Shown: piece by piece, positions 1 through 12,394 of the stretch
Position numbering within the stretch: position 1 is the stretch's first letter
Layout of the letters: every line of letters begins with the position of its first letter
Source of the DNA: Gnetum montanum
Lineage: Eukaryota > Plantae > Gnetophyta
DNA: 64,000 bases
Assembly: GCA_015680685.1 (NCBI GenBank)
Contig: MNCI01003248.1
Coordinates: 62,001-126,000 of the forward strand
Direction: 5' to 3'
The notes under the pieces: generated by a model
What the model saw: the letters and a program-made list of their open reading frames with translations, nothing else
What the model was told of the DNA's origin: nothing
Databases searched by the model: none
Program-made: the position numbers and the translations under genes

Positions 1-547
1 AGAAATGGTCAAAATTAATCTTTGTTCGAAAGAATATAATGTATACAGTCCTGCTAACAATCCTTAACTTGCTTAACTGAAACCGGTCCCGGGTGTTTTC
101 AGGGGAGGAAGGTTATTAGATCTTGCACAGACTGCTGTTTTTTCCACATCATTTCACCTGCTGTTTCATTTGCGACAGTGACAGGTTAGATAACTAGGCA
201 TGTTTTCAGCATGGCCGGAATTTTTGGAATTCATCTGAGCCAACTGCACATAGAAGCAGGGGAGTTTCAATTTGTTGTTTACGATCGGATAAATGATATA
301 AGCCATTTAACTCATCTTATTTCTTTCTATAAAGGCCGGCTAAATGTGTATGAATGACACTGAGATGGGTTGTATATGAAAATTGCAATCAATTTTAATA
401 TCGGATTTAATAATCGATGGAGGTGATGTATATTTCATGGCTTTTGGTGAAAGCCATGTTCCATGGAATGCATATATTGTGTTAGCTAAAGGAAAAAGGA
501 GTCTGCATTATTCAACCGTTGACACTGTTTTTTGAAATGTTGTACAG

Positions 548-711
548 AAGCTTTCTGGCCGATGGACCTGCAACATAATGAAGGCATGGATCCAGGAAGT
601 GGACCTTTCCCAGAGAGACCTGGAGAGCCTGATTGTACATATTATATGCGCACAGGTCATTGCGGCTATGGTGTGAATTGCCGCTATAATCACCCTCCTA
701 ATAGGAAGCAG
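548..711 (+). CDS. CCCH zinc finger gene exon (finger 1)
   Basis: Acceptor TACAG|AA at 547/548; [30 protein letters not shown]...NRKQ; donor CAG|GTTC at 711/712. An in-frame ATG at 562 is a possible alternative start. Confidence 0.88.
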
Positions 712-3700
712 GTTCTTCATTTCCCATCCTAAACATCTTTGATGCGTTATGTAAAGTGGCTCGTTCTTTGGCCTTTTTTAATGTTTTAGCTGTATCTTAG
801 TATGAGGATCGATAATTATTTTTTAGCTTTGAGAATTTGGTATTCTGGGATTTTGTGGGGAATGCACTGCAAGTGTAATACATTCCTGTAGCTTTGTATA
901 TTACAGCTTAAACTTTTCTGTGCCTTAACACATCTATTTGGGCTATAGCTTGTTTTTATCTGATTGGTGGTTGTCTGTTCCAAGGTGAAGTCTTGGTTAC
1001 TCTCAATCCGTTATGTGTCCATTGTTCTTTTCCTACGTAATTGTTTGGTTTACCTCAACTTCCCTGTATGTCATTGGTGACTTGGACACTTTGTATATCC
1101 ACATTGATGAATTTTGATCTCCGCTACCTATCTGGACTATTTTTTTATCCAAATGCACGTTCTCTTCTTATGCATGCAATTGTTTTGTGTGCACTGATGA
1201 GCACCCACATTTAGTAGTGTTATTATGCAAAAAAAGAAAAAAGGGGGAAAACGCAATCTATATGCAGTACAATGTTATCATGCTTTTAAGTTTCAAGGGT
1301 CAATTTGTTGCGCTGAGTTTCTTTTTTCTTAAATTTACAGGCTGCAGCAGCTTCTAGGAATAGAGGTGACTATCCCGAGAGAGTCGGTCAACCTGAATGT
1401 CAGGTATCTGTTAGAAATGTCTATTTGAGATTTGCAAGCCGGTTCCCCTTATGTGAGATCAAAATCAACAAGTCATAAATTTTTGATGCAAGAAAAAGAT
1501 GTCTTCTCTCTTTCTTACAGGTTATATAATTTGATAAAAATCAACAAGTTATATAATTTGATATATTGTTATTGCTATGTTTTAACGTTTTCTTTTTTTA
1601 AAAATCCTTTTGGCATATTTTTATGCATAGCAGGCCATTTAAAAGCATTATTAATTTTATTTGAACTCTTAATATTTCTGAATACTTACCATAATATCCA
1701 TGGACATGATTTATGCAGTATTACCTGAAGACTGGAACTTGCAAATTTGGTGCTACGTGCAAGTTTCATCACCCGAGAGACAAAGCAGGCACTGCAGGAA
1801 AGGTTCCTGTGAATGTTCTTGGCTATCCAATACGCCCGGTTTGTGATTGATTTTGTTTACATGATTGTTCAAATAGAACAATTTTGTACATATTTGTTAT
1901 TACAGAATTTTTATTCTTAAACTGTGAGATTGAACCTCAAAGGTCAAATCTCAGCGTTCTCAATATTTGATATTTTTCTTTGAGTTATGCATTTCAAGTG
2001 GCATACATGTAGCTGGCTTTCTTCATAATTTGTGCCTTACGAAATTGTTCTTCGTTACTTTTTTAGCTTTGTGAGCTTCTAATTATGCCAAGGAAATTGG
2101 TTTATTTTTAAAGTTTAGGGTTTCTCTGAAGACCGTGTGTTATGAACTCCGTTGCAGAATGAAAAGGAATGTGCATATTATTTAAGAACTGGACACTGCA
2201 AATTCGGTAATACTTGTAAATTTCATCATCCACCGCCAGTTGGAACAATAGTCCCAGTGCGTGGATCTTCAATATTCACACCTGTACATTCTCCTACAAC
2301 CCCTGGTCCTCAGCCATACCCAGGGGGCCTTCCAACATGGCCCATGCCAAGGCCATCTTTTATTCAAAGTCCTCGTTTTCAAGGGCCTTCTAGTTTTACG
2401 CAAGTGATAGTTCCTCAAGGAATAGTATCTGTTCCAGGCTGGAGCACATATCCTCCTGTAAGTATTCAGCATTGTCTCACATGTCTGCCACTTTGTCATG
2501 AAAAAATCATACCTAATTATATAATGCAATGTGACAGATCTAATTCTCTACTTGAAGTTCTTTTTAAAAAGCTGTCGAGGTCAGGGTCAAGGGTAGTACA
2601 TCTTTTAGATTTGTTGTAAGTTGCAAATAAATAAGGATCTAGCACTTACCCTATTTTGTTGGGACAAGGCTAGGATGGTGACGATGTAAGTTTAATGAAC
2701 TCTTATGGCTAGGTTTGCTACTCTAGAGGTTTGGTCATTCTAAAATTCTTCAGTTTGGGGAGTCTAACTTTAATAGTGGTGCAATGTTTTTAGTGTGTTA
2801 ACTTTAGACATCAAAATGCATGGAATATTTTGACAAGTTCTAAAGTAATTATAATTTTTTCTTCTATAATTTGTCAGCAAGGGCAGGTGGGTTCAATATC
2901 ATCTCCAGATGGACAACAACAGGCACTCGGACCTGGGGTTGTTTATGGACATTCGCATCAGACGGATCCATCAGTTGCTGGAATTCAAGGAACCTTCTCT
3001 CCATTTCCTCCTGGGTCTCCTGGCTTGGGTCTTCCAACGTTGCAGTTGCCATCTAGTGTAACACGGGAAGCCACGTTTCCAGAAAGGCTTGGACAGCCAG
3101 AATGCCAGTTTTATATGAAGACAGGTGACTGCAAATTTGGCATGACTTGTAGGTTCCATCATCCAAAAGACAGAATTGTTCCAGCACCAAATTGTGTTCT
3201 GAACAGACTTGGACTACCTATACGACCTGTAAGATCTTTCGTTTTCAGTCTTTATCGGTTTATCTCAAGATTTGTTTTGGAAATAATCAGCAATTAGCAA
3301 TTGCCCATTTCTTAAGCAACTGCAAAGGATACTTAAATAAGCCTCTTAAAAATTGTTTGTGGCGATACTCTTAATGTGTGTTTTTGCACTGGAATCATTT
3401 AGAGAGCTGTCAGTTTCTTTAATATTAGTACAGCAAAATCAGTTAAAAATTTCTTTTAAATACAGGGAAAGACAGCCCTTCTTGAGCGTTGAAACTGAGT
3501 AGTTTACTTACTGGATTGATAAGCATGGAAGATAACCGTCATATTTCATATTGATTAGTTTCAATGTTGCCATATGCATTTTCGGTACCAGGACAGTTCT
3601 TTTGAACAACTAGAGAATTTATAAGCAGATGCTTAATTCTTAAAGGTGTGCCTTACGTTCACAACGGTTAAGCTCAATAATGGTGCAAACTGCAGTGAGA

Positions 3701-4154
3701 TTCATTTCCATATATTATTGTTAGACGTTATGCTTGTTGTCGTCTTTTAAGATTCTCTTTCACCTGTAAATATAATATATTCACTTGAAGCCTGTTTTCT
3801 TACTCAGTTTAGTAGTCTCTTTTACTCCAAATCTTTCTGAATATAATCTCAATGAATATGCAGGGTGCCCCAGCATGTAAATTCTTTACTCAGTATGGAG
3901 TCTGCAAGTTTGGACAGACTTGCAAGTTTGATCATTCTATTTCACCAGTGAGCTTCGGTCAGTCAATTTCATCGCCAGTTGATATTTCTGTTTCTCGTCA
4001 TCAAATTATGTCTGTGTCAACTGCCCAGACATCAGTTTCTTTGTCTCCAGAGTCAGCAGGAGAGCCTGGTGGAGGAATAACTGCTGAACACACTTCTTCA
4101 TCAGAATCTCGGCAGCAACCATCTGGTGTTGAAAGTTTAGGAGCAGATGCCTAG
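548..4154 (+). CDS. CCCH-type zinc finger protein, ZFN1/C3H33-like (five C-x8-C-x5-C-x3-H fingers); join(548..711,1341..1403,1719..1838,2158..2457,2878..3228,3864..4154); probably 5'-partial
   Basis: Six GT-AG bounded exons join in frame. Fingers: [109 protein letters not shown]/PERxGQPEC and LGxPIRP linkers match the plant ZFN family; TAG stop at 4152-4154. Confidence 0.93.
1341..1403 (+). CDS. CCCH zinc finger gene exon (63 nt, not in the ORF track)
   Basis: TTTACAG|GCT; [21 protein letters not shown]; CAG|GTATCT. Confidence 0.9.
1719..1838 (+). CDS. CCCH zinc finger gene exon (finger 2)
   Basis: ATGCAG|TAT; [40 protein letters not shown]; CCG|GTTTG. Confidence 0.92.
2158..2457 (+). CDS. 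CCCH zinc finger gene exon (finger 3 and Pro/Ser-rich linker)
   Basis: TTGCAG|AAT; [14 protein letters not shown]...PGWSTYPP; CCT|GTAAGT. Confidence 0.92.
2623..2684 (+). mobile_element. Extremely 5'-truncated RTE-clade LINE/SINE 3' tail in intron
   Basis: ...CCCTATTTTGTTGGGACAAGGCTAGGATGGTGACGATG resembles plant RTE 3' ends with a GAT-type tail; flanked by direct repeat TGTAAGTT (2615-2622 and 2685-2692); inverted homolog at 7573-7614. Confidence 0.5.
2878..3228 (+). CDS. CCCH zinc finger gene exon (finger 4)
   Basis: TGTCAG|CAA; ...[19 protein letters not shown]...LGLPIRP; CCT|GTAAGA. Confidence 0.9.
3864..4154 (+). CDS. CCCH zinc finger gene terminal exon (finger 5)
   Basis: ATGCAG|GGT; [24 protein letters not shown]...LGADA*. 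Confidence 0.92.
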   Translation, partial: GAPACKFFTQYGVCKFGQTCKFDHSISPVSFGQSISSPVDISVSRHQIMSVSTAQTSVSLSPESAGEPGGGITAEHTSSSESRQQPSGVESLGADA

Positions 4155-6271
4155 CATGCTCAAATTAAAAGCAGGCTCTGCTTTCATTTTTTTGAAGTTT
4201 GCGGACTTCTGGTTTGAATATGAAGCACGCGTCTGTCCTGTTCACTGGCATGTCAATGCCAGGCTAACTTTGTATGTTCAGGTTTCCAACAAAAAATAAA
4301 CATAACTTTTTTGCTGATAGATGCAACCAAGGTTGTTGGAAGGATCAACAATTCAAGCTTTGTAGAGTCTATGATGCCTTGTCTTGGTAGGACCTCGATG
4401 AATTTTGGCATAACTCAAAATTCATTAGGATCTATCGCAGCCTCAGAAGTTCAGCCATATCCATGTTATGGGAACTCCATATGTCTTGATTTGCATTTGA
4501 TACCACAGGCTCCATGGTCTGCCATCGAAATTGTATTCACAGAAGAAGCCTCCCAAGTCTGACCATGACTTTCTAATGAAGTCTGCTTGAGCTGTTAATT
4601 ACTTTATTCGTGATTATCCATTCCCTGCATCTGTAAGAAGTATCCTAAAGCTGTTAGGTCCCATGTAATCATTATATTATCCTATAGTCTCTCATTGGTC
4701 TGGTTAGCGGATATGCAATTTGTGTATCAGCCATAGTTTTTATATTTTTTAATTTATTTGTTATATTGCATTCTGTAAGTACTAGAATCAACGTATAGCA
4801 GTCATCTGTAATATATATAGAAGAAGCCCTAGCTGGTACACTGGCCTTAAAAGTTGTAAGTTTTTTTCATCTAGTGTCATGCCAACCCCACAAAACTCCT
4901 GGAAATGCGAGTTTATTTTAAGCCTGGAATGAAACCAGTTTCTCTTAGATCAAGAAATCTTGATCTGAGATCAGATTGATCTTTAAATGCAACTCGGAGA
5001 CAGCTTTGGTAAGTTCTGTGGAACCAGGAATATGTGCCAAAGCTCATGTTTCAGACAGAATAACACTGCCATAATTATGGCAATGGTTTGAATTGGTTTA
5101 ATTAAGCCAATATAAAATTCAAAAGACTATGTTATGTCAAATTCTTGTCCCTGAAGATGCAGGAGGCTAGTATATCTCAAAGTTTATTGGCATTTGAAAT
5201 TAAGATACTAAATTGTATTTAAAGTGTTTATACTCATTTGGATCTTAAAACGAAACATGTTGAAAGTGACCATTATCATTGTTATTAATTTAGTGCATTT
5301 TGTTGTACAATTTTTTATGTATATTTAGAGAGCTGGGATATATGAGTTAGTACCTCCAAATGTGCGTCATCTTGGAATCTATCTGTAATTTGTCTAGTAA
5401 CGGTTTATGAAGTTGAAACGTGCAAGTTGCTTGCTGTTCTTCTACCAGCCTGTATTTATTATTTTTTTTTGTAGAAATGCAATGTGAAATGGGCCTTTTT
5501 GAAATCCTGTGGCAGGAAGGGATGGTTTATATTTTCTAAGAAAAAAGGGCTAGAACTAGAACTGGAAAAGAAATTGTGAACTTTAATGTGTTTTGCAGTT
5601 TTGTTTTGATCAACCCAAATGATTGTGGTATTCTTGAAATATGAGGATTTGGATGTATATTTTGGGAACTTCCTGATAGCATGCTGCGATGTTTGCTCTG
5701 CTCAGCACTGTGAGCTTTTTTGAACTTAGAAAGTGGAGATGATGGAACTGCTGGCGTTGGCCTTCGGTTTAATTCTTTGGTGGGAATTTTCTTCCTGTAC
5801 TTTACCTAAAATTCTATATGTTTAAATTGCATGAACAGATCTTAAAAGATGTGAATCTTGTTGATTGGAATGAAGAATTTTTGATATTAATTATTCGGTA
5901 TTTATTTTCAATAAAATATAATTGGTAAGATTTATGTTTAACTTCAATTTGTGTGGTGTGCTGTAAATGACTTAAAGTAAAATGCCTTGTCCTTGTTGTT
6001 ATGGATAATGGCCAAGAGCTTCCATGGTTATTTTTCTGCCCAAGAGAGAGGTGCTTCTAGTGATGCTCCGAGAGTTGGAGAATATATCAATATGGCCAAG
6101 TTCTTTATCAACTTAGGAGAATATGTCAATTTGGCCCTTGGAGTTGATAAAGAACTTGGCCGATATCTGAGTTGTGTTGGGACTCCTTGGATCAACCTCG
6201 AAGTATGAGAATGGAACTTTGATAGTGAATACAAGCTAATCTGGTGGCTACTTGTGCATAGTTTTGAATAC

Positions 6272-6478
6272 TGACATGATATAATAGTGGAATTGATTTT
6301 ACTCGTTTTCTAGCTACCTGGGAGGCTAGGTGTGCATGGTCTTGAATGCAGAGATGACATAACAGTGGAATTGATTTTGCTCGTTTTCTGCAAAAAGGGT
6401 TACGATATGATGGGTGTCTGAGTGCTTAGAAGTTTTAAAAAAATGATATAAAGTGGAAGCGATCTCACCTTTTTTCTA
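6272..6478. repeat. Three degenerate copies of a ~38-bp unit
   Basis: ATGAYATAAYAGTGGAATTGATTTT(A/G)CTCGTTTTCT at ~6275 and ~6353, more diverged copy at ~6443. Confidence 0.6.
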
Positions 6479-6647
6479 GAAAAATACTATGAAAGACTCC
6501 AATTTTCAAGCCTAGTGGAAGGGGAGGGGCTGGGATTAGAAGGATATGTTCTTGTATCATGATATGTTCCGAAAATTAAGGTGGAATGGTGCCTTTTTAA
6601 GTGTGGTCTGACGCAGATTCATAATTTGAGAAATCTTGAGGGTGCTC

Positions 6648-7118
6648 GATGTTAATGCAGATTGACTTCTTAATGAAAGATGATTGATTACTGGGTTGAC
6701 TTACATTTTTAATTAATGTTTTTATATTTTTAAACTTTTCTTCTAAGAAAAGGTTAAAGGCATTGCCGTTCTGGATGTTAATGCAGATTGACTTCTTAAT
6801 GAGAGATTGACTTCTTAATGAGAGATGATCGATTGCTGGGTTGAATTACATTTTTTAATTAATGTTTATATATTTTTAAACTTTTCTTCTAAGAAAAAGT
6901 TAAAGGCATTGCGGTTTTGTCGTTATCTTGTAGGCACAAGTGTATAATGTTAATGAAGGTAGACCTCTTAATAAAAAATGATGCAAGTGGTTAGTTCATT
7001 GTAAGACCATAGGTTATTAGTTTCAATTAGACATTTTAATTAATATCTATATATTTTTTAACTTCTCTTCTAAGAAAATATTAGAGGCATTGTTGGTTTT
7101 GTTGTTGTATTGTAGGCA
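6648..7118. repeat. Tandem repeat, three copies of ~125-175 bp
   Basis: Units begin (G/A)ATGTTAATG(C/A)AG at ~6648, ~6774, ~6947 and share ACATTTT(T)AATTAAT...CTTCTAAGAAAA...GGCATTG. Confidence 0.8.
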
Positions 7119-7572
7119 TGGCCTATTTTGTGGTTGCCTTATTGCCCAAACCATAAAATCAAAAGGAAAAAAAAAATTGAACGATGACATATAAAGTCAA
7201 AAATTTTTTATCTTTCAAAGTTGTAATTGATAAGTAGCAATAACACTAATGCCATCCAAGAAAGGTACACATGCTTCTTTTTATTTTGCAAGAATTGTGT
7301 TTGGCTTGAAATTTGAACTTTGTGAAGTGTTGATGCTAATGCTTGCAATGAAAAACCAGAAAAACATGGAAAATGACAATGAAAAGAAAAAAATTGAGCT
7401 TATGACCTCTAATTTCTTTGAAAGGATTTCAAATTGTTAAGTCAAAATCAGATTTGTGAGTATTTACATTTGATTTAGTGAGGAGTTGTTAATTGCATCA
7501 TAGCTGAAGGTTGGTTGAAAGGATTAATTGAAGAAGCAATCCAGGTTGGGCTATTCTTTGTTATATTCTTCT

Positions 7573-7614
7573 ATCATCATCATTGTCATCCTAGCCATGT
7601 CCCAACAAAATGGG
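7573..7614 (-). mobile_element. RTE-type LINE/SINE 3' tail fragment
   Basis: Reverse complement CCCATTTTGTTGGGACATGGCTAGGATGACAATGATGATGAT is nearly identical to the intronic copy at 2649-2686. Confidence 0.45.
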
Positions 7615-10019
7615 AAGACGTGATGATAAAGAGGATTTATAATGAAGTAGAACATTAGAGCAAAGCCAACAGTAATTGATGTGAAGTAATTTGTAGTTAC
7701 AAAGAAGAAAAGACTAGCAAACGCAAAGGAAACATCATAGAAGGTTAAAGTTTACAGCCATAGCTATAAATTAGAGGAAGAATGAAATTAAAGTAAAAAA
7801 GGATTTCATATTAAAGAATAAGACTTTCACCTGAGGTGCATGAGGAGCAAGTCACCTTAGTTCGAAAACATGTAAATGAAGACTTGTATCTATATTACAA
7901 AATTTGTTTAAGTCTTTGTACATGATATTTGACAAATATAAAGAAATTTGTTATGGTAATTTTCTCATCTTTTTATGTTTAAAGATGGTTGTAAACCATA
8001 ATGGGGATAATTATATTACATTCAATGTACAACAAAGTTGGTATACGTGTTCAAGAAAATGACTGAGGTATGTTGTTAGAAGTGTGAAAAAATGAATTAA
8101 ATTAATAATTGTAATGCTTTGCATTTTTTCATGAGGGTTCAACCACTAAACAATATGAGAAGGCACTTTTAGTTTTTAATGGCTATTAGCAAATAACAAC
8201 TTGTAGGGCTTTTCTTGTCTTGACATTCCAATTTGAACTGCAGGTTGACAATTAAGGAGACCTATCTTAAGTTAATGAGTTATGAACTAGTTGTTATTTG
8301 ATTAATTAAATTGAAATTGAAATTTTATGAAGTATACCCTTTGTTCCATTGGATAGCAAAAAACATCATTAAAAAAATCACCAAGTGATTTTAGTAACAT
8401 TTGGAATAAACCAGTAAAATTTGCAACTTTAATATTTTATCTATGGCTAATACACATAAATATGCAATCCTTCCCTTTTGCTTCAAGTTAGAATTTCTTG
8501 TTACATCGAAACTTTGAAAATTTCTTGTTGCATCGAAACTTTGAGAGCACCTTCTGCTACTAAGTTTTTTATGCATTATATAGAATCACCTAACAATTCA
8601 TGAACTTGAATGTTTTATTTATAGCGCTTCATGAACTCTTAATATTATGAAATTACAAACTAAAAACAAAAATGAAAAATGTTAAAAAATATAAGTTAAA
8701 TTTAGAAATTTTAAAAGTTTTTGTTATAGCTCTAGTGTAATAGGTGTTCTAGTCCAATTGTAATAGCTAGGTCTTGATATATCTAGCCATATATATTTTG
8801 AAGTCTAAAGTATCTAGTAGGAATGCTTTTTATCAAAACCTGCCAAAAGTAGTCAAGTAGTCTCTTTATAAGATAAGCTTTTCTAAATCAATGAAAATTA
8901 TATGTAAATTATTCATTTTATATCTAAATTTCTATGTTCATTGTCTTAGTAAGAGAATGGCTTCCATGGTTAATTTGGTGGGCATGAAACCAAATTGATC
9001 TTTAAAAAATGTTGCTTCTTGCTTTTTGTTCAATAACTCTTTCCTATGTTGCAGTTTATAATGATGGTGATGACTTTATTGGATTCAGAAGTACTGGACA
9101 AAATCAATGCACAACAGAGTTTGCATACGTTAAGAAAATGACCAAGCTGTGCTGCTTGAAGTCGGAAAAAAACAATGAAATTAGCAGCTATAACGCTCTG
9201 TTTTTTGGTTCGACAACATAATAATAAAAAGCAATTTTCGTTTTCAAAGGCTATTGAAAAATAACAATGATTAAGTTAATTCTAATTAAGGTCTATCATT
9301 TTATATAAAATTCTCCTCCACAGTACATCGCCAGCGTTGTGTGTTCTCTGCAAAGCATTTCCAGCGATACCTTGCAATGTTTCAGCAGAAATGACAAAGC
9401 GTTCCATGAAACCTGGCGAAAAGGTACAAAGAAAGTTTAGCTGTATTATACAAAATAAGTTAATTAAGTTATAACACTACAATTTAGAGCGTTTAAAATA
9501 ACGACGCACGTTCAATTAATATTGATTTAACTACAGGACAAAATCCTTGTCGGCCAGAAGAAGTTGGGTGATCTCAGATATTGACCCTTGCACTAGTGCA
9601 CACCGGTCAAAATTTGCATGTTTACTTGAAAAAAATAAATGCCCAAGGTTGCTAATGATTAGCAGCTAGCGCACACTTTATACTTTGACTTAAAATTATA
9701 AACGTAGAGAAGAAGATGTATTTTTTATATTTAGTTTTACTTTTTACTTATCTTTTGTTTTTGATGTGATTTGTGTTCCTTCACCTGTTGGGTAAGTGTA
9801 TCCTTTTATCCTTTCTTTATATGTTAGAGTTTTTATTTCATTATGCAACGAGATTTTATTGGAGAACTACTATGCTTACATAGTCCAAAACCATTTGGTT
9901 GACATGAAATTGACGGTCTACATTTTATTTTAGAGAATTTCAAGTGTGATATGGTTAGAGAATTTCAAGTGTGATATGCTTGGAACAATATCTTTAGGTT
10001 GGCATCTTTGAGGTGCTGA

Positions 10020-10085
10020 TACTAGGTTTTGAACTCAACACCTTTGGGTGCAAGGCATACAAACTAACTAATTGGTCTATGGCCT
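10020..10085 (-). mobile_element. Degenerate tRNA-derived (SINE-head-like) sequence
   Basis: Minus strand GGCCATAGACCAATTAGTTAG...TTGCA...AGGTGTTGAGTTCAAAACC has A-box-like and B-box-like motifs at tRNA spacing but no intact cloverleaf. Confidence 0.35.
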
Positions 10086-10692
10086 AAGCTCAAGTTTAGT
10101 GCTTGCATTATAAATAAAGCTCAGTTTGATTTTGCATAAATTTTCTTAGTGTGTTTTAATTATAAAACTATAAAAAATATGAATGTTATTAAGAATTCCT
10201 GTGGACTAGAAACTCACAATGACATCTTAAATTAATTAATTCAATATTGTAATAAAGTTCTATGGAGCTTGTGATGATTCTGCTTTAATTGAGAGGGCCA
10301 CATTGTTTGGTATAGTATTGGGTCATTGAGGATGTGATTGAGGAGATTGATCTATTTTTGTGTGATGGTGTCACACTTATTTTGTAAGGATTGCAACATG
10401 TGTATTTAATTTGTTTTAATTTTTTAGTGTGAATGTTTTGCTTGTTTGGTTAAGGATTGTGATGCGATTATATGCATTTAATTTATTCTTTTGTCTAAAA
10501 ATCTTATAAACATATTAAAATTATAAAAAGTATAAAAACTTATTTCTTCACTATGGAAACATAATTATATTACATTTATTATAACTTTCTTTATTCTTTG
10601 CATACAAGGATAGAAATAAGCAAACTATATGATTTCATCATCTTTCAAAGATATGATTGGTTTGTTACATAAAGTGATACATTATTGGTAGT

Positions 10693-12240
10693 TGATGAGC
10701 GGTGAAGTAATCCAACACCCAACCATACGAGATACGAGTGTTCACGCGTAGCTTGGTTGAATTTTGTAGATAAGGGAATGTGATTACGCTAATAAATGGT
10801 TTGAGTTCATGATTGTTGATAGGACGTGATATCACATGGTCGCGATATCGCGGTCCGCCGCCAAGTTTATAAATAAGAGGCAGCTCTCCCTTGTTTTCTT
10901 ATCTAGATCTAGCCCTTAGGGAAACTCTGGTAGTTTTACCTCTCCAGAGATAGAATATTTTCCATGTGCCCGTAGTAGGAGCTCCAAAGTGAACGGATCT
11001 TTATTTGAGCAAACATTGTACCTGAACACATATTTGCGTATGGAAATAAAGACGAACTTCTTGGATAAACCTTGCAGTGCATGGAATAGGCTAATTAGGA
11101 CTTTATTTACTGTTATNNNNNNNNNNNNNNNNNNNNNNNNNNNNNNNNNNNNNNNNNNNNNNNNNNNNNNNNNNNNNNNNNNNNNNNGTTAGAGTTAGTA
11201 ATTAGTGTCTTCAACCCTTCACCTCACTAGCATAGGAGATAAAACAGAAAAAGATATAAAAATCATATACCTGAGACTTACTTAACCATACACTATGACA
11301 AATACAAGTAAGTCTGGGAAGACAACGAATAATTAACCTTAAGTGTTCCATGAGGCGTGTAGGCACTTAGTCTGCGGAGTTCGACTGGATCACGCGTGTT
11401 ACGCTCGTATTCGTATGGTTGAGTGTAGGGGTACCTCGCCACTCATCAATTGTTGTCTTCCCACGTGAGCTAGTAAAATCAATGCGTATGGTTTAACTCA
11501 CAGTGCAGTGTATGATAACTGATGTTGCTTTGGCCATTTTACTCCTAGTAAACATAAGGTAAATGAGAGTGGTTTGTAAGTCTACATGAACAACAAATGA
11601 ATCTAATCTAGCCTAGGCGATGGACATCTATTCCTGACTCTCCACACATGTCTTGGACTTGTGTAATTGTTATTGGGATTACCAAGCACCTCACTATTGG
11701 GTGAACCAAGCAATAATACTATTGGGTTACCAAATGATCACACTTTATGCTCCGAATCAATTGTATCCATTCTGCTTAACAACAGTAAAAGTAAAGTTCA
11801 TAGAAAAGTAAATAGTAATTAAGAAAATAGTAATAAGTAAACTAAGTGAAAATAGTAAACATTATTCTAAGTAAATAGTAAAGAACTAAGTGGATGCTAC
11901 AATGGTGAAAAGTAATCTCGATCATTATTACTGTTCACACTTGTGTTGAAGTACATGATGCTTGAATAAAGACTCTGTACAATCACTTCACACCACATTG
12001 CAGGCAGGCGCTGTTAAGTGCTAAGTACTAAAATCAAGAAAACAAACTGATAGAGTTTCGCTAAGGTGGAATGAAAATTGTTGTTCGGACCATGCGCCTA
12101 AGTGTCATATTTATAGGCTTGCACGTGTCTATGATATTGGATATCTGACATCGTAGCTTGTGCCCCAATATCGAGGATCCAATATTGTGGCTTCAATATC
12201 GAATGCCTAATATTGTCGATGTGAAAAAATTGATTTATCA
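10693..12240 (-). mobile_element. LTR D: 3' LTR of an Athila-like Ty3/gypsy element (~910 bp after removing nested solo LTR E)
   Basis: Starts TGATGAG (10693), ends TTATCA (12240); homologous to LTR 12395-13297; followed by PPT-like TGCCCCC and conserved AAAACTCATCCTC motif (12241-12272). Confidence 0.75.
10817..11448 (+). mobile_element. Solo LTR E (same LTR family as A/D, opposite orientation; contains an N gap)
   Basis: TGAT...CTCATCA termini, perfect 5-bp TSD ATTGT (10812-10816 / 11449-11453), TATAAATA at 10868; inverted homology to 12395-13110. Confidence 0.85.
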
Positions 12241-12394
12241 TGCCCCCATGACTGATTGAAAACTCATCCTCAAGTTAAAACAAAATGAGGATGGAGTTCC
12301 TTATAAAATTGGGAGGTAGATTTACATGATACTAACTACTATGTACATGACTCTTAATTGCCGCAGTGGTGTTTACAAAATGATACAAGATATG

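Noticed and set aside
1432-1728. 98-aa ORF inside the zinc-finger gene
   Set aside because: AT-rich intron sequence with a non-ATG start.
4311-4562. 83-aa ORF after the zinc-finger stop codon
   Set aside because: Non-ATG start, no recognisable motif, lies in the probable 3'UTR.
5987-6234. Overlapping 68-73 aa ORFs with an internal GEYxN repeat
   Set aside because: Short, explained by a local duplication, with no recognisable domain or supported exon structure.
8492-8544. 27-bp tandem duplication
   Set aside because: Ordinary local duplication in intergenic DNA with no further structure.
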